IMG/VR virus record: IMGVR_UViG_3300045988_075083 | Coordinates: 1-37,513 of that record | DNA from: a virus | Strand: one strand, 5' to 3' | DNA length: 37,513 bases | Part shown: in pieces, positions 30,343 to 37,513 of the stretch | How the letters are laid out: the number at the start of each line of letters is the position of its first letter | Position numbering within the stretch: position 1 is the stretch's first letter | Notes under the pieces: generated by a model | Databases searched by the model: none | What the model was told of the DNA's origin: nothing | Seen by the model: the letters and a program-made list of their open reading frames with translations, nothing else | Position numbers and translations under genes: made by a program

Positions 30343-30921
30343 ATGGCTAATGAAAACAAAGTCCAGTTCAACCTGAAGAACGTGCACTACGCCGTGCTGA
30401 CGGAAGCCAAGACGGGCGGCGCCACCACTTACAGCTGGGGCACGCCGGTGGCGGTGCCGGGCGCGGTGAACCTGAATCTGGAGCAGCAGGGCGAGATCAC
30501 AAAGTTCTACGCCGACGGCATCGTCTACTACCAGAGTCCCGTAAACAACGGCTATGAGGGCGATCTGGAGATGGCCCGCATCGTGGACAAGATGCTGCAG
30601 GACGTGTGGGGCATGACGCTGGGCACCACTAGCAAGGTGCTGACGGAGAACGCCAACACGGAGGCCAAGGCCTTCGCGCTGCTGTTCCAGATCGACGGCG
30701 ACGCGGACGAGGACTGCTATGTCCTCTACAACTGCACGGGCACCCGCCCGGCTATCGCCGCCAAGACCAAGGAGGACACCAAGGAGCCTCAGACCCAGAG
30801 CAGCACCATCTCCGCCGCGCCGCTGGGCAACGGCAACGTGATGGCCCGGACGACCTCCGAGACGCCGGAGGCTACCAAGAACAGCTGGTTCAGTCAGGTG
30901 TTCGTGGAGGGGGCCGCGTAA
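30343..30921 (+). CDS. Major tail protein (phi13/TP901-1-like)
   Basis: MANENKVQFNLKNVHYAVLTE...PGAVNLNLEQQGEITKFYADG. Lies upstream of the G/GT chaperone genes. Confidence 0.8.
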   Translation: MANENKVQFNLKNVHYAVLTEAKTGGATTYSWGTPVAVPGAVNLNLEQQGEITKFYADGIVYYQSPVNNGYEGDLEMARIVDKMLQDVWGMTLGTTSKVLTENANTEAKAFALLFQIDGDADEDCYVLYNCTGTRPAIAAKTKEDTKEPQTQSSTISAAPLGNGNVMARTTSETPEATKNSWFSQVFVEGAA

Positions 30922-31352
30922 TGGAGAGGACGATCACGGTCGACGGCAAGACCATTACGCTGCGGGCCACGGCGCTGGTGCCGCGGCTCTATCGCCACCT
31001 GATCGGCCGGGACATGATCCAGGACATGGCGACGCTGCGGAAGGCCTACGCCGCCGCGGAAAAGGCCAAGAAAGCCGGAGCGGACGAGGAGGAGCAGAAC
31101 GTGGCGTCCATGTCGGTGATGAATCTGGAGATCTTCGAGGACGTGGCGTGGGTCATGCTGAAGCACGCCGCCGAGTTCCGGGACACGGAGAACGGCCGGG
31201 TGCTGATGAACGGCGACATGGTGGTGGGCAAAAGCCCGGACGAGTGGCTGGATCAGCTGGACGGCACGTTCTCGGTCTACGAGGTGCTGCCGGTGATCCT
31301 GGAGCTGTGGGGCGCCAACCAGAAGACCACCAGTACACCGGCAAAAAAGTGA
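30921..31352 (+). CDS. Tail assembly chaperone (gpG-like)
   Basis: TAATG coupling. Ends with the slippery site A_AAA_AAG then TGA. Confidence 0.8.
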   Translation: MERTITVDGKTITLRATALVPRLYRHLIGRDMIQDMATLRKAYAAAEKAKKAGADEEEQNVASMSVMNLEIFEDVAWVMLKHAAEFRDTENGRVLMNGDMVVGKSPDEWLDQLDGTFSVYEVLPVILELWGANQKTTSTPAKK

Positions 31353-31543
31353 GGCAGACAACCCGGGAGCCCAACGGGGCGCAGTTCATGCTGAGGTGCG
31401 CCCAGTTGGGGTTGTCTGACGAGGCTCTGACGGGGATGACAATGGGCATGATCTACGACCTTTACACGGAGAAGGCCAACGACCAGCACAAGTACCCCTA
31501 CAAGGCCACACAGGCCGATATCGACGCATTTTTCCCCAAGTAA
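30921..31543 (+). CDS. Tail assembly chaperone G-T fusion made by a -1 programmed frameshift at 31343-31349
   Basis: The -1 frame is open from the slippery site to 31543 (KKVRQTTREPNGAQFMLRCAQLGLSDE...). Lies directly upstream of the tape measure gene. Confidence 0.7.
31343..31349 (+). other. -1 frameshift slippery heptamer A_AAA_AAG
   Basis: Zero frame reads GCA AAA AAG TGA. Confidence 0.7.
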
Positions 31544-31555
31544 GGAGGTGGGCGC

Positions 31556-34213
31556 ATGGCAAACAACAGCCGGGTGAAGGGCATTACCGTCAAAATCGGC
31601 GGCGACGTGTCTGGTCTGGACAAGGCGCTGCAAGGCGTCAACAGTAAGATCAACGACACGCAGGCTCAGCTGAGGGACGTCAAGCGGCTGCTGAAATTCG
31701 ACCCCGGCAACACGGAGCTGCTGAAGCAGAAGCAGGAACTGCTGGCCAAGGCTGTGGGCAACACCAAGGACAAGCTGGAGCAGCTGAAGGACGCCGAGAA
31801 GCAGCTGAAGGACGCGGGCGTGGACGAGAACGGCGCCCAGTTCCAGAGCCTCCGGCGGGAGATCATTGAGACGGAGCGCAATCTGGACGACCTGACGGAG
31901 GCTGCGGAGCAGTCTAGTGTGGCCATGGGACAGATCGGCGCCGCGGCGGATAAGGTGGCCAGCGGTGCCCAGAAAGTGGCTGACGCCACGGCGGGCATTT
32001 CCCATGCGGCGCAGGTCGGTCTGGCTGCCGCTGCCGGCGCTGCGGTAAAGATCGTGGACAGCTATGCCGACTATGAGCAGCTGATCGGCGGCGTGGAAAC
32101 GCTGTTCAAGGGCAGCTCCAAAAAGCTGGTAAAGTACGCAAAATCCGCCTACAAGACGGCGGGCCTGAGCGCCAACAACTACATGGAGACGGCGACAGGC
32201 TTCGCCGCTTCGCTGGTGAGCAGTCTGGGCGGCGACACCGAGAAAGCCGTGGAGCTGGTAGACGTGGCCATCACGGACATGGCGGACAACGCCAACAAGA
32301 TGGGCAGCGACATCAAGAGCATCCAGAACGCCTATCAGGGCTTTGCTAAGCAGAACTACACAATGCTGGACAACCTGAAGCTGGGGTTTGGCGGCACGAA
32401 AGAGGAAATGCAGCGGCTGCTGGATGAGGCGGAAAAGCTGTCCGGCATCCACTATGACATCGGCAACTACGCCGATATTGTCAACGCGATCCACGTGATC
32501 CAGACGGAGATGGACATTACCGGCACCACCGCCAAGGAAGCGGAGGGGACGATCTCCGGCTCTATCGCCACCCTGAAGGCGGCCATCAGCAATCTGGCGG
32601 CGGGCATGGGCGACGCCAACGCGGACATCGACCAGCTGACGGAGAACATGATCGAAGCGTTTCAGAACGTGGCGGACAACGTCATTCCCATCCTGGAGAA
32701 TATCTGGGATCACCTGCCCGGCGGGGCGAAGTTCGCGCTGGGCGGCACGGCGGTGGTGGCCGCCATCTCGCCGGTAGCGAGCACGCTGGCGAACATCGCA
32801 GAAGTGGTCAGCAAATTTTCAAAGCTTGCGCCTGCTGCCGCTTCGGCCGGAGCGGCAGCAGGCGGGGCAATTGGCGGCGGCATGATTGCTGCGGCGGTCG
32901 GCGGGATTGTGGCCGGTATCCCGCTGTTTGTGACGCAGGCCTACGACGCATTCAAGAACGGTCTGAACTGGCTCAACGGACTGTTGGTGCCGCTGGGCTC
33001 CACGATGGCAGGCGCGGGGGCGGGCGCTATCATCGGCGCAGCCGGCGGCCCGATAGGCGCCGGAATCGGCGCTTTGATCGGTTTGATAGTCGGCGCGATC
33101 ACGGATCTTGTCGCGCTGATTGTAAAAAACTGGGACAAGATCAAGGCGACGCTCTCGAAGGTAGGCAGCTGGATCAAGGACAACGTGATAACTCCCGTCG
33201 TCAACTTCTTTAAGGGGTTGTGGAAAAGCGTGTCCGGCTTTTTTGCAGACCTGTGGAGCGATATCGTGGCGATCTGGTCTTCGGTCGGGGAATGGTTCAA
33301 CGCGAACGTGATCCAACCCATTGTGAACTTCTTCGCGCCTATCGTGGAATGGATTAGCACGTTCTTTGAGGGCTGCTGGCTTATCATTCAGGCCGTGTGG
33401 CAGACCGCGGCCACTTGGTTTAACGAAAACGTGATCCAGCCGATCGTCGGGTTCTTTCAGGGGTTGTGGGAAGCCGTGTCCGGCTTCTTCGTAGCGCTAT
33501 GGAATGATATCGTTGCCATCTGGAGCGCCGTAGCGGCGTGGTTTGACGGGAACGTAATCCAGCCCGTTGTTGGATTCTTCCAGGGCGTGTGGGAGGCCGT
33601 ATCCGGCTTCTTTGCAAGTCTCTGGACGGATATCGTGGCAATTTGGGGCTCTGTCGCGGGGTGGTTCAAGGAGAAGGTGATCCAGCCGATCGTCAGCTTC
33701 TTTACCACGGCATGGGAGAGCATCAAGAACGCGTTCAAGACCGCGTTTTCTGCCATCGCTGACTTTGCGAAGTCTATCCTTAACGGCGTGATCGGCATTG
33801 TAGAGCGAATGATAAACGGCATAATCGACAGAATCAACGGACTGATCGGCGGCTTCAACAAGGTCGTCACATGGGCGGCTGGCGTTGTCGGCGCAGATTG
33901 GAAGGGGTTGGGGCTGATCCCCAACGTCAAGCTTCCGATGCTGGCCAGCGGCGGCATTTTGTCCAGCGGCAGCGCTGTGGTGGGCGAGGCCGGGCCGGAG
34001 CTGCTGACGCTGACCGGCGGCAGGGCTGTGGTGCAGCCGCTCTCTGGCAACGGGCCGAGCCTGAAGGGCGTGGAGGGGCTGCTGGGCGGCATCTCCGACA
34101 AGCTGGGCGCCGGACAGCCCGTCACCATCGTGGTGCAGAGCGTGCTGGACGGCCGGGTGATCGGCGAGACGGCCTACGACTACACCATGCAGAGAGCGAG
34201 GGCGAGGGGATGA
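31556..34213 (+). CDS. Tape measure protein (885 aa)
   Basis: RBS AAGGAGGTG. N-terminal coiled coil, Gly/Ala-rich TM-like region, 41-aa tandem repeats. Confidence 0.9.
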   Translation: MANNSRVKGITVKIGGDVSGLDKALQGVNSKINDTQAQLRDVKRLLKFDPGNTELLKQKQELLAKAVGNTKDKLEQLKDAEKQLKDAGVDENGAQFQSLRREIIETERNLDDLTEAAEQSSVAMGQIGAAADKVASGAQKVADATAGISHAAQVGLAAAAGAAVKIVDSYADYEQLIGGVETLFKGSSKKLVKYAKSAYKTAGLSANNYMETATGFAASLVSSLGGDTEKAVELVDVAITDMADNANKMGSDIKSIQNAYQGFAKQNYTMLDNLKLGFGGTKEEMQRLLDEAEKLSGIHYDIGNYADIVNAIHVIQTEMDITGTTAKEAEGTISGSIATLKAAISNLAAGMGDANADIDQLTENMIEAFQNVADNVIPILENIWDHLPGGAKFALGGTAVVAAISPVASTLANIAEVVSKFSKLAPAAASAGAAAGGAIGGGMIAAAVGGIVAGIPLFVTQAYDAFKNGLNWLNGLLVPLGSTMAGAGAGAIIGAAGGPIGAGIGALIGLIVGAITDLVALIVKNWDKIKATLSKVGSWIKDNVITPVVNFFKGLWKSVSGFFADLWSDIVAIWSSVGEWFNANVIQPIVNFFAPIVEWISTFFEGCWLIIQAVWQTAATWFNENVIQPIVGFFQGLWEAVSGFFVALWNDIVAIWSAVAAWFDGNVIQPVVGFFQGVWEAVSGFFASLWTDIVAIWGSVAGWFKEKVIQPIVSFFTTAWESIKNAFKTAFSAIADFAKSILNGVIGIVERMINGIIDRINGLIGGFNKVVTWAAGVVGADWKGLGLIPNVKLPMLASGGILSSGSAVVGEAGPELLTLTGGRAVVQPLSGNGPSLKGVEGLLGGISDKLGAGQPVTIVVQSVLDGRVIGETAYDYTMQRARARG
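33182..33673 (+). repeat. Four in-frame 123-nt (41-aa) tandem repeats within the tape measure gene (a fifth partial copy follows)
   Basis: NVIxPxVxFF...W..VSGFF..LW.DIVAIW..V..WF units start at 33182, 33305, 33428 and 33551, with the partial copy at 33674. Confidence 0.85.
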
Positions 34214-34584
34214 TAGCCTATCGATTCAAGGCGTCGGGAGTGGATCTGGCTCCCTACGTGGAGCGGGACGGCTACACCACGGCCGTGACGCCGGTGTTCA
34301 CCGATAAGGTGACCACCATGGACGGCGTAGACCATTGCAGCCTACTGCGGCTGCGGGGCAGCGTGACGGTGAAGCTGAACCCCCAGAGCGCCACGGCCGC
34401 CGGCCGCATCTGCGCGGCGCTGCTGCAGCACCCTGTGACGGTGGAGTATTTCTGCTTGCAGCGGCAGGCCGTGGTAGTGGCCAGCATGCAGGCCCCGGCG
34501 CAGACGGCGCAGTTTTTGAGCCGCTGTCTCGCCGGCGGCCAGCGCTGGGTGCAGGCGAAGAACATCACGCTGGAGGAGCTGTAA
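34210..34584 (+). CDS. Distal tail protein-like (124 aa)
   Basis: ATGA coupling to the tape measure gene; position. Confidence 0.6.
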   Translation: MIAYRFKASGVDLAPYVERDGYTTAVTPVFTDKVTTMDGVDHCSLLRLRGSVTVKLNPQSATAAGRICAALLQHPVTVEYFCLQRQAVVVASMQAPAQTAQFLSRCLAGGQRWVQAKNITLEEL

Positions 34585-34585
34585 G

Positions 34586-35299
34586 ATGCAGACAACGAGC
34601 GAACGGTATCGGGAACTGCTGGCACTGCCCCACGAGACAGAAAACCGCCTGCTGATCGACGGCGTGGCCTACACCACGCCCCAGCTGGTGAAGAACAGCC
34701 TGCAGACGGTGGAGGCATTGTTTTCCGGCACCACCCCCGCGGTGGGCGGGGCGGTGGCCGGGGAGATATCCGTGCAGCTGCTGGGGATAGCGTCCTCCAG
34801 CGTGGCCAGAATGGCCGAATTAAGGCCGCAGGTGCGGCTTGTGGGCGATTCCGGCGAGCCCAGCGAATGGGTGGCCCAGGGCGTGTACAACGTAGACAAG
34901 CGAAGCTACAACAAGCAGACCGGCGTGCTGACGCTGCACGGCTATGACAAGATGCTGGCCACGGAGCAGTGGTATACCGGCAGCGTGGGCACCGGCGGCG
35001 TGACGGATATCACCATCGTCAACCGGGTCTGTACCCAAGTCGGGATCACGCTGGACAGCGAGACGGACAGCTTCTTTTCCGCCAGCGGCAAGAAATACAA
35101 GGTGACGAAGCCCAGAAACTACACCTGCCGGGAGCTGCTGCAGGCCATCGCCGGGTGGTACGGCGGCAACTGGTGCATGACACCGGTGGGCAAGCTGCGG
35201 CTGGTGCTGCTGAACAGCCTGCCGAAGGAGACCAATTATCTGGTGGACAACGGCGGCAATGCCATCACGTTTGGAGGTGACAGGATTCTTGTCGGGTAA
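34586..35299 (+). CDS. Tail/baseplate structural protein (237 aa)
   Basis: Position downstream of the tape measure and Dit-like genes. Confidence 0.65.
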   Translation: MQTTSERYRELLALPHETENRLLIDGVAYTTPQLVKNSLQTVEALFSGTTPAVGGAVAGEISVQLLGIASSSVARMAELRPQVRLVGDSGEPSEWVAQGVYNVDKRSYNKQTGVLTLHGYDKMLATEQWYTGSVGTGGVTDITIVNRVCTQVGITLDSETDSFFSASGKKYKVTKPRNYTCRELLQAIAGWYGGNWCMTPVGKLRLVLLNSLPKETNYLVDNGGNAITFGGDRILVG

Positions 35300-36062
35300 A
35301 ATTTTTGTAGGAAACAGTGCGTCCAGTCTGACAGAGGCGGACAAGCTGCAGCCCTACAGCAAGGTGACGGTGACGGACGGCACCAACAGCTACACGTCCG
35401 GCGACGATACGGGGCGGGAGCTGACGGTCAACGTGCCGCTGTTGCCCACCACCAAGGGCGACACGCTGGCGGCGAATATTCTGGCGGCGGTCAAAAACTA
35501 CCGCTATCAGCCCTACGAGGCCGCTGACGCGCTTTTAGACCCGGCGGCGGAGCTGGGCGACGGCGTGACCGTGGGCGGCATCTACGGCGGAATACACGCC
35601 AAGACGACCACGTTTTCCCGGCTGTTCCGGGCGACGGTGAGCGCTCCGGCGGAGGAGGAGATCGACAACGAGTATCCGTACCTGTCCGCGCAGGAGCGGG
35701 ACGCCGTGCGGCAGAAGAAGCAGACGGCGCAGAACACGGCGGATATTGCTACCAATACCAGCGATATCGAGACAAATGCGGGCGACATCGCCACCAACGC
35801 CCGCGCGATCTCATCGATATCCGCAGACATCGCTAATTTCGGTGAGGTCTACGCGACGAAGGCGAGCGTGGCTTCATTGTCGGCGAAGGTGGCTAATATT
35901 GAGAGCTTATTCAGCGGCAACGTCTACAGCGGCAACGTGAATTCCAACAGTGTGGCGACGCTGTCGCTGAAAGTTGGCGGCTCTTTTTTTTCCGGAAAGA
36001 CGATCAACTACCTCGGAAAAGACGGGTCTTATCATCTTCTGTATGTGTTGGGCCACGAATAA
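35259..36062 (+). CDS. Tail fibre/baseplate protein with heptad-like repeats (NTADIATNTSDIETNAGDIATNARAI)
   Basis: ORF overlaps the upstream gene. The real start may be TTG 35289, 8 nt after GGAGGTGA. Confidence 0.65.
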   Translation: MPSRLEVTGFLSGKIFVGNSASSLTEADKLQPYSKVTVTDGTNSYTSGDDTGRELTVNVPLLPTTKGDTLAANILAAVKNYRYQPYEAADALLDPAAELGDGVTVGGIYGGIHAKTTTFSRLFRATVSAPAEEEIDNEYPYLSAQERDAVRQKKQTAQNTADIATNTSDIETNAGDIATNARAISSISADIANFGEVYATKASVASLSAKVANIESLFSGNVYSGNVNSNSVATLSLKVGGSFFSGKTINYLGKDGSYHLLYVLGHE

Positions 36063-36073
36063 AGGAGGCTTCC

Positions 36074-36238
36074 ATGAAAATAACCGAAAAAAATACCATC
36101 CAGTCCGTCCGGCTGGCGCTGGATCAGATTGAGGTACACGGCAGCGGCAATCTTGACTTGCTGCTGGGATGCATTCAAGCGCTGGACAGGCTGCTGGCTA
36201 CAGCAACGGAGGAGACGGAGGTGACGGAAGATGGCTGA
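36074..36238 (+). CDS. Small hypothetical tail-region protein (54 aa)
   Basis: RBS AAAGGAGG. MKITEKNTIQSVRLALDQIEVHGSGNLDLLLGCIQALDRLL. Below the ORF-track cutoff. Confidence 0.55.
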   Translation: MKITEKNTIQSVRLALDQIEVHGSGNLDLLLGCIQALDRLLATATEETEVTEDG

Positions 36239-37280
36239 CAGATCTATCGGCCAGCTGACGGAGGCCACCACCATCGGCGCAACCGACCTTCTCGTCATGG
36301 AGCAGGCTGGAACGGCCAAAAAGGTGCAGGGACGGACGCTGCTGGCGTGGCTGGACGGCCACGGCGGCATCGCGGACATTGACTTTAATGCCGACGACAC
36401 CATGACGATCACCGCCGCGGACGGCGCGACGTGGACATCCGGCAATCTCCGCGGCCCCACAGGCAGCACTGGAGCGCAGGGGCCGATCGGCGTCCGCGGC
36501 AGCGACGTGAGCATTTCAGTCACCGCAGCTGCCGGCACGACCGAGCATCCCAATGGTGGCTATAAGCTGACCATCAAGGAGACGGTCTACAACGCAGACG
36601 GTGAAGTCTCCAGCGAAAACACGCTGGAGAAGTACATCTGGAACGGCAACAAGGGCAACAAGGGCGACAAGGGCGACACCGGCCCCAAGGGCGACCCCGG
36701 CAACAGCTACGTGGTCAAGGGTTTATATGCCACCCTCGCCGCCCTACAAGCGGCCCACCCCACCGGCAGCGAGGGCGACGCATGGTTTGTGGGTACATCG
36801 GACAGCAACGTTGTGTACCAGTGGGACGTGGACAAAGCCGCGTGGGTCAATGCGGGTGCACTGAAAGGCCCCAAGGGCGACAAGGGCGACAAGGGCAACA
36901 CGGGAGAGGCTGGTAAGTCTGCCTATGAGGCGGCGCAGGACGGCGGCTACACCGGCACGGAGACGGCGTTCAACGCTTTGTTGGCACAGGTGGGCAGCAA
37001 GGTGGACAAATCCACCATTGTGGAGGTGACGCTGCTGGCGGCCAACTGGGCCGGAACAGAGGCCCCCTACACCTATACGGCAGCGGTGGCGGGCGTGACC
37101 ACCACCAGCACGCAGGACTGGGCCAACGGCACCAACATCACGGCAGAGCAGCTGGCAGCGTGGCAGGCGGCCAACATCGTAGATGGCGGTCAGGGCATTG
37201 GCAGCGTGACCTTCAAGGCGTTTGGCGCGAAGCCCGAGGTAGACATTCCCCTGCGCTGCATTCTGCGCAGGGACACGTAA
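36231..37280 (+). CDS. Tail fibre protein with collagen-like Gly-X-Y repeats
   Basis: GPTGSTGAQGPIGVRG, GNKGNKGDKGDTGPKGDPG, GPKGDKGDKGNTGEAG. Confidence 0.8.
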   Translation: MADRSIGQLTEATTIGATDLLVMEQAGTAKKVQGRTLLAWLDGHGGIADIDFNADDTMTITAADGATWTSGNLRGPTGSTGAQGPIGVRGSDVSISVTAAAGTTEHPNGGYKLTIKETVYNADGEVSSENTLEKYIWNGNKGNKGDKGDTGPKGDPGNSYVVKGLYATLAALQAAHPTGSEGDAWFVGTSDSNVVYQWDVDKAAWVNAGALKGPKGDKGDKGNTGEAGKSAYEAAQDGGYTGTETAFNALLAQVGSKVDKSTIVEVTLLAANWAGTEAPYTYTAAVAGVTTTSTQDWANGTNITAEQLAAWQAANIVDGGQGIGSVTFKAFGAKPEVDIPLRCILRRDT

Positions 37281-37290
37281 GGAGGACGGT

Positions 37291-37513
37291 ATGCCTAATT
37301 TGATTCGATTCGGCGCGGGCGGCAGAGGTGCGTCCATTTCCGCGCCCATCATCGGCGAGGACTTCAACTGGACGGGCGGAGACGGCACGTATCAGGTCAT
37401 CGATGACGGCGGCGGCAACTGGCGCATCAAGTTTCTGTCCAGCGGCACGTTCACGCCGTTGAAGAACATGGTAATCGATGCATTTTTGGTAGGCGGTGGC
37501 GGCGGCGCGGGAA
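37291..37513 (+). CDS. 5' part of the glycine-rich tail protein that continues at 100-602 after circular closure
   Basis: RBS AAGGAGGA, ATG 37291. MPNLIRFGAGGRGASISAPIIGEDFNWTGGDGTYQVIDDGGGNWRIKFLSSGTF... Confidence 0.7.
   Translation, partial: MPNLIRFGAGGRGASISAPIIGEDFNWTGGDGTYQVIDDGGGNWRIKFLSSGTFTPLKNMVIDAFLVGGGGGAG
37415..37513. repeat. Right copy of the 99-nt terminal overlap (identical to 1-99)
   Basis: Same as the left copy. The reading frame of the CDS starting at 37291 continues exactly into the ORF ending at 602 (37414 mod 3 = 1, frames match). Confidence 0.95.

Larger units (their letters stand above)
1..37513. mobile_element. Complete temperate siphovirus-type phage genome (circular or terminally redundant contig, unit length 37,414 bp)
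   Basis: Full set of phage modules: integrase plus attP, CI/Cro switch, replication, terminase, portal, protease, capsid, tail, lysis. The 99-nt ends are identical. The attP core is flanked by phage DNA on both sides, so this is the excised or replicative form, not an integrated prophage. Confidence 0.9.

Overview
The window is one complete, circularly closed temperate phage genome. Bases 1-99 are identical to 37415-37513, so the unit length is 37,414 bp and one tail gene runs across the junction. It is GC-rich (about 57-65% in hand-counted windows) and looks like a Clostridia-type siphovirus with HK97-like head genes. Going round the circle the modules are: tail fibres and receptor-binding proteins (36231-37513 and 1-3045), a multi-gene lysis cassette (3159-5435), an accessory locus bounded by terminators (5534-7876), and attP with a tRNA 3' fragment and arm-type repeats (7886-8129). 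These are followed by a leftward unit of integrase, membrane-anchored XRE regulator and a HIRAN/zinc-ribbon/TM2 gene (8087-11230), a CI/Cro-type switch (11380-12272), and an early region (12306-21039). The early region holds several HTH proteins, a replication organiser with internal iterons, a DnaB-like helicase, ParA/ParB-like proteins and a HUH Rep-like protein. The late region (21148-36062) encodes a KTR zinc-ribbon protein, HNH endonuclease, ParB-N::methyltransferase, two P27-like small terminases, TerL, portal, protease, capsid, connectors, major tail protein, G/GT chaperone with an A_AAA_AAG frameshift, tape measure and baseplate proteins. I found no rRNA, no intact tRNA and no CRISPR array. 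The best candidates for undescribed biology are two. One is the low-GC single-gene HIRAN/zinc-ribbon/TM2 protein beside the lysogeny genes, a possible DNA-end sensor joined to a membrane effector. The other is the five-gene accessory locus between the lysis cassette and attP: a Pro/Tyr-rich protein, a small helical protein, a Cys-rich membrane coiled-coil protein, a BclA-C/C1q-like protein and a four-helix protein. A recurring small hairpin motif sits in unusually long structured non-coding spacers, and an acidic small protein with a downstream HTH gene resembles an anti-defence locus. All domain calls come from motif recognition by eye; no database search was run.
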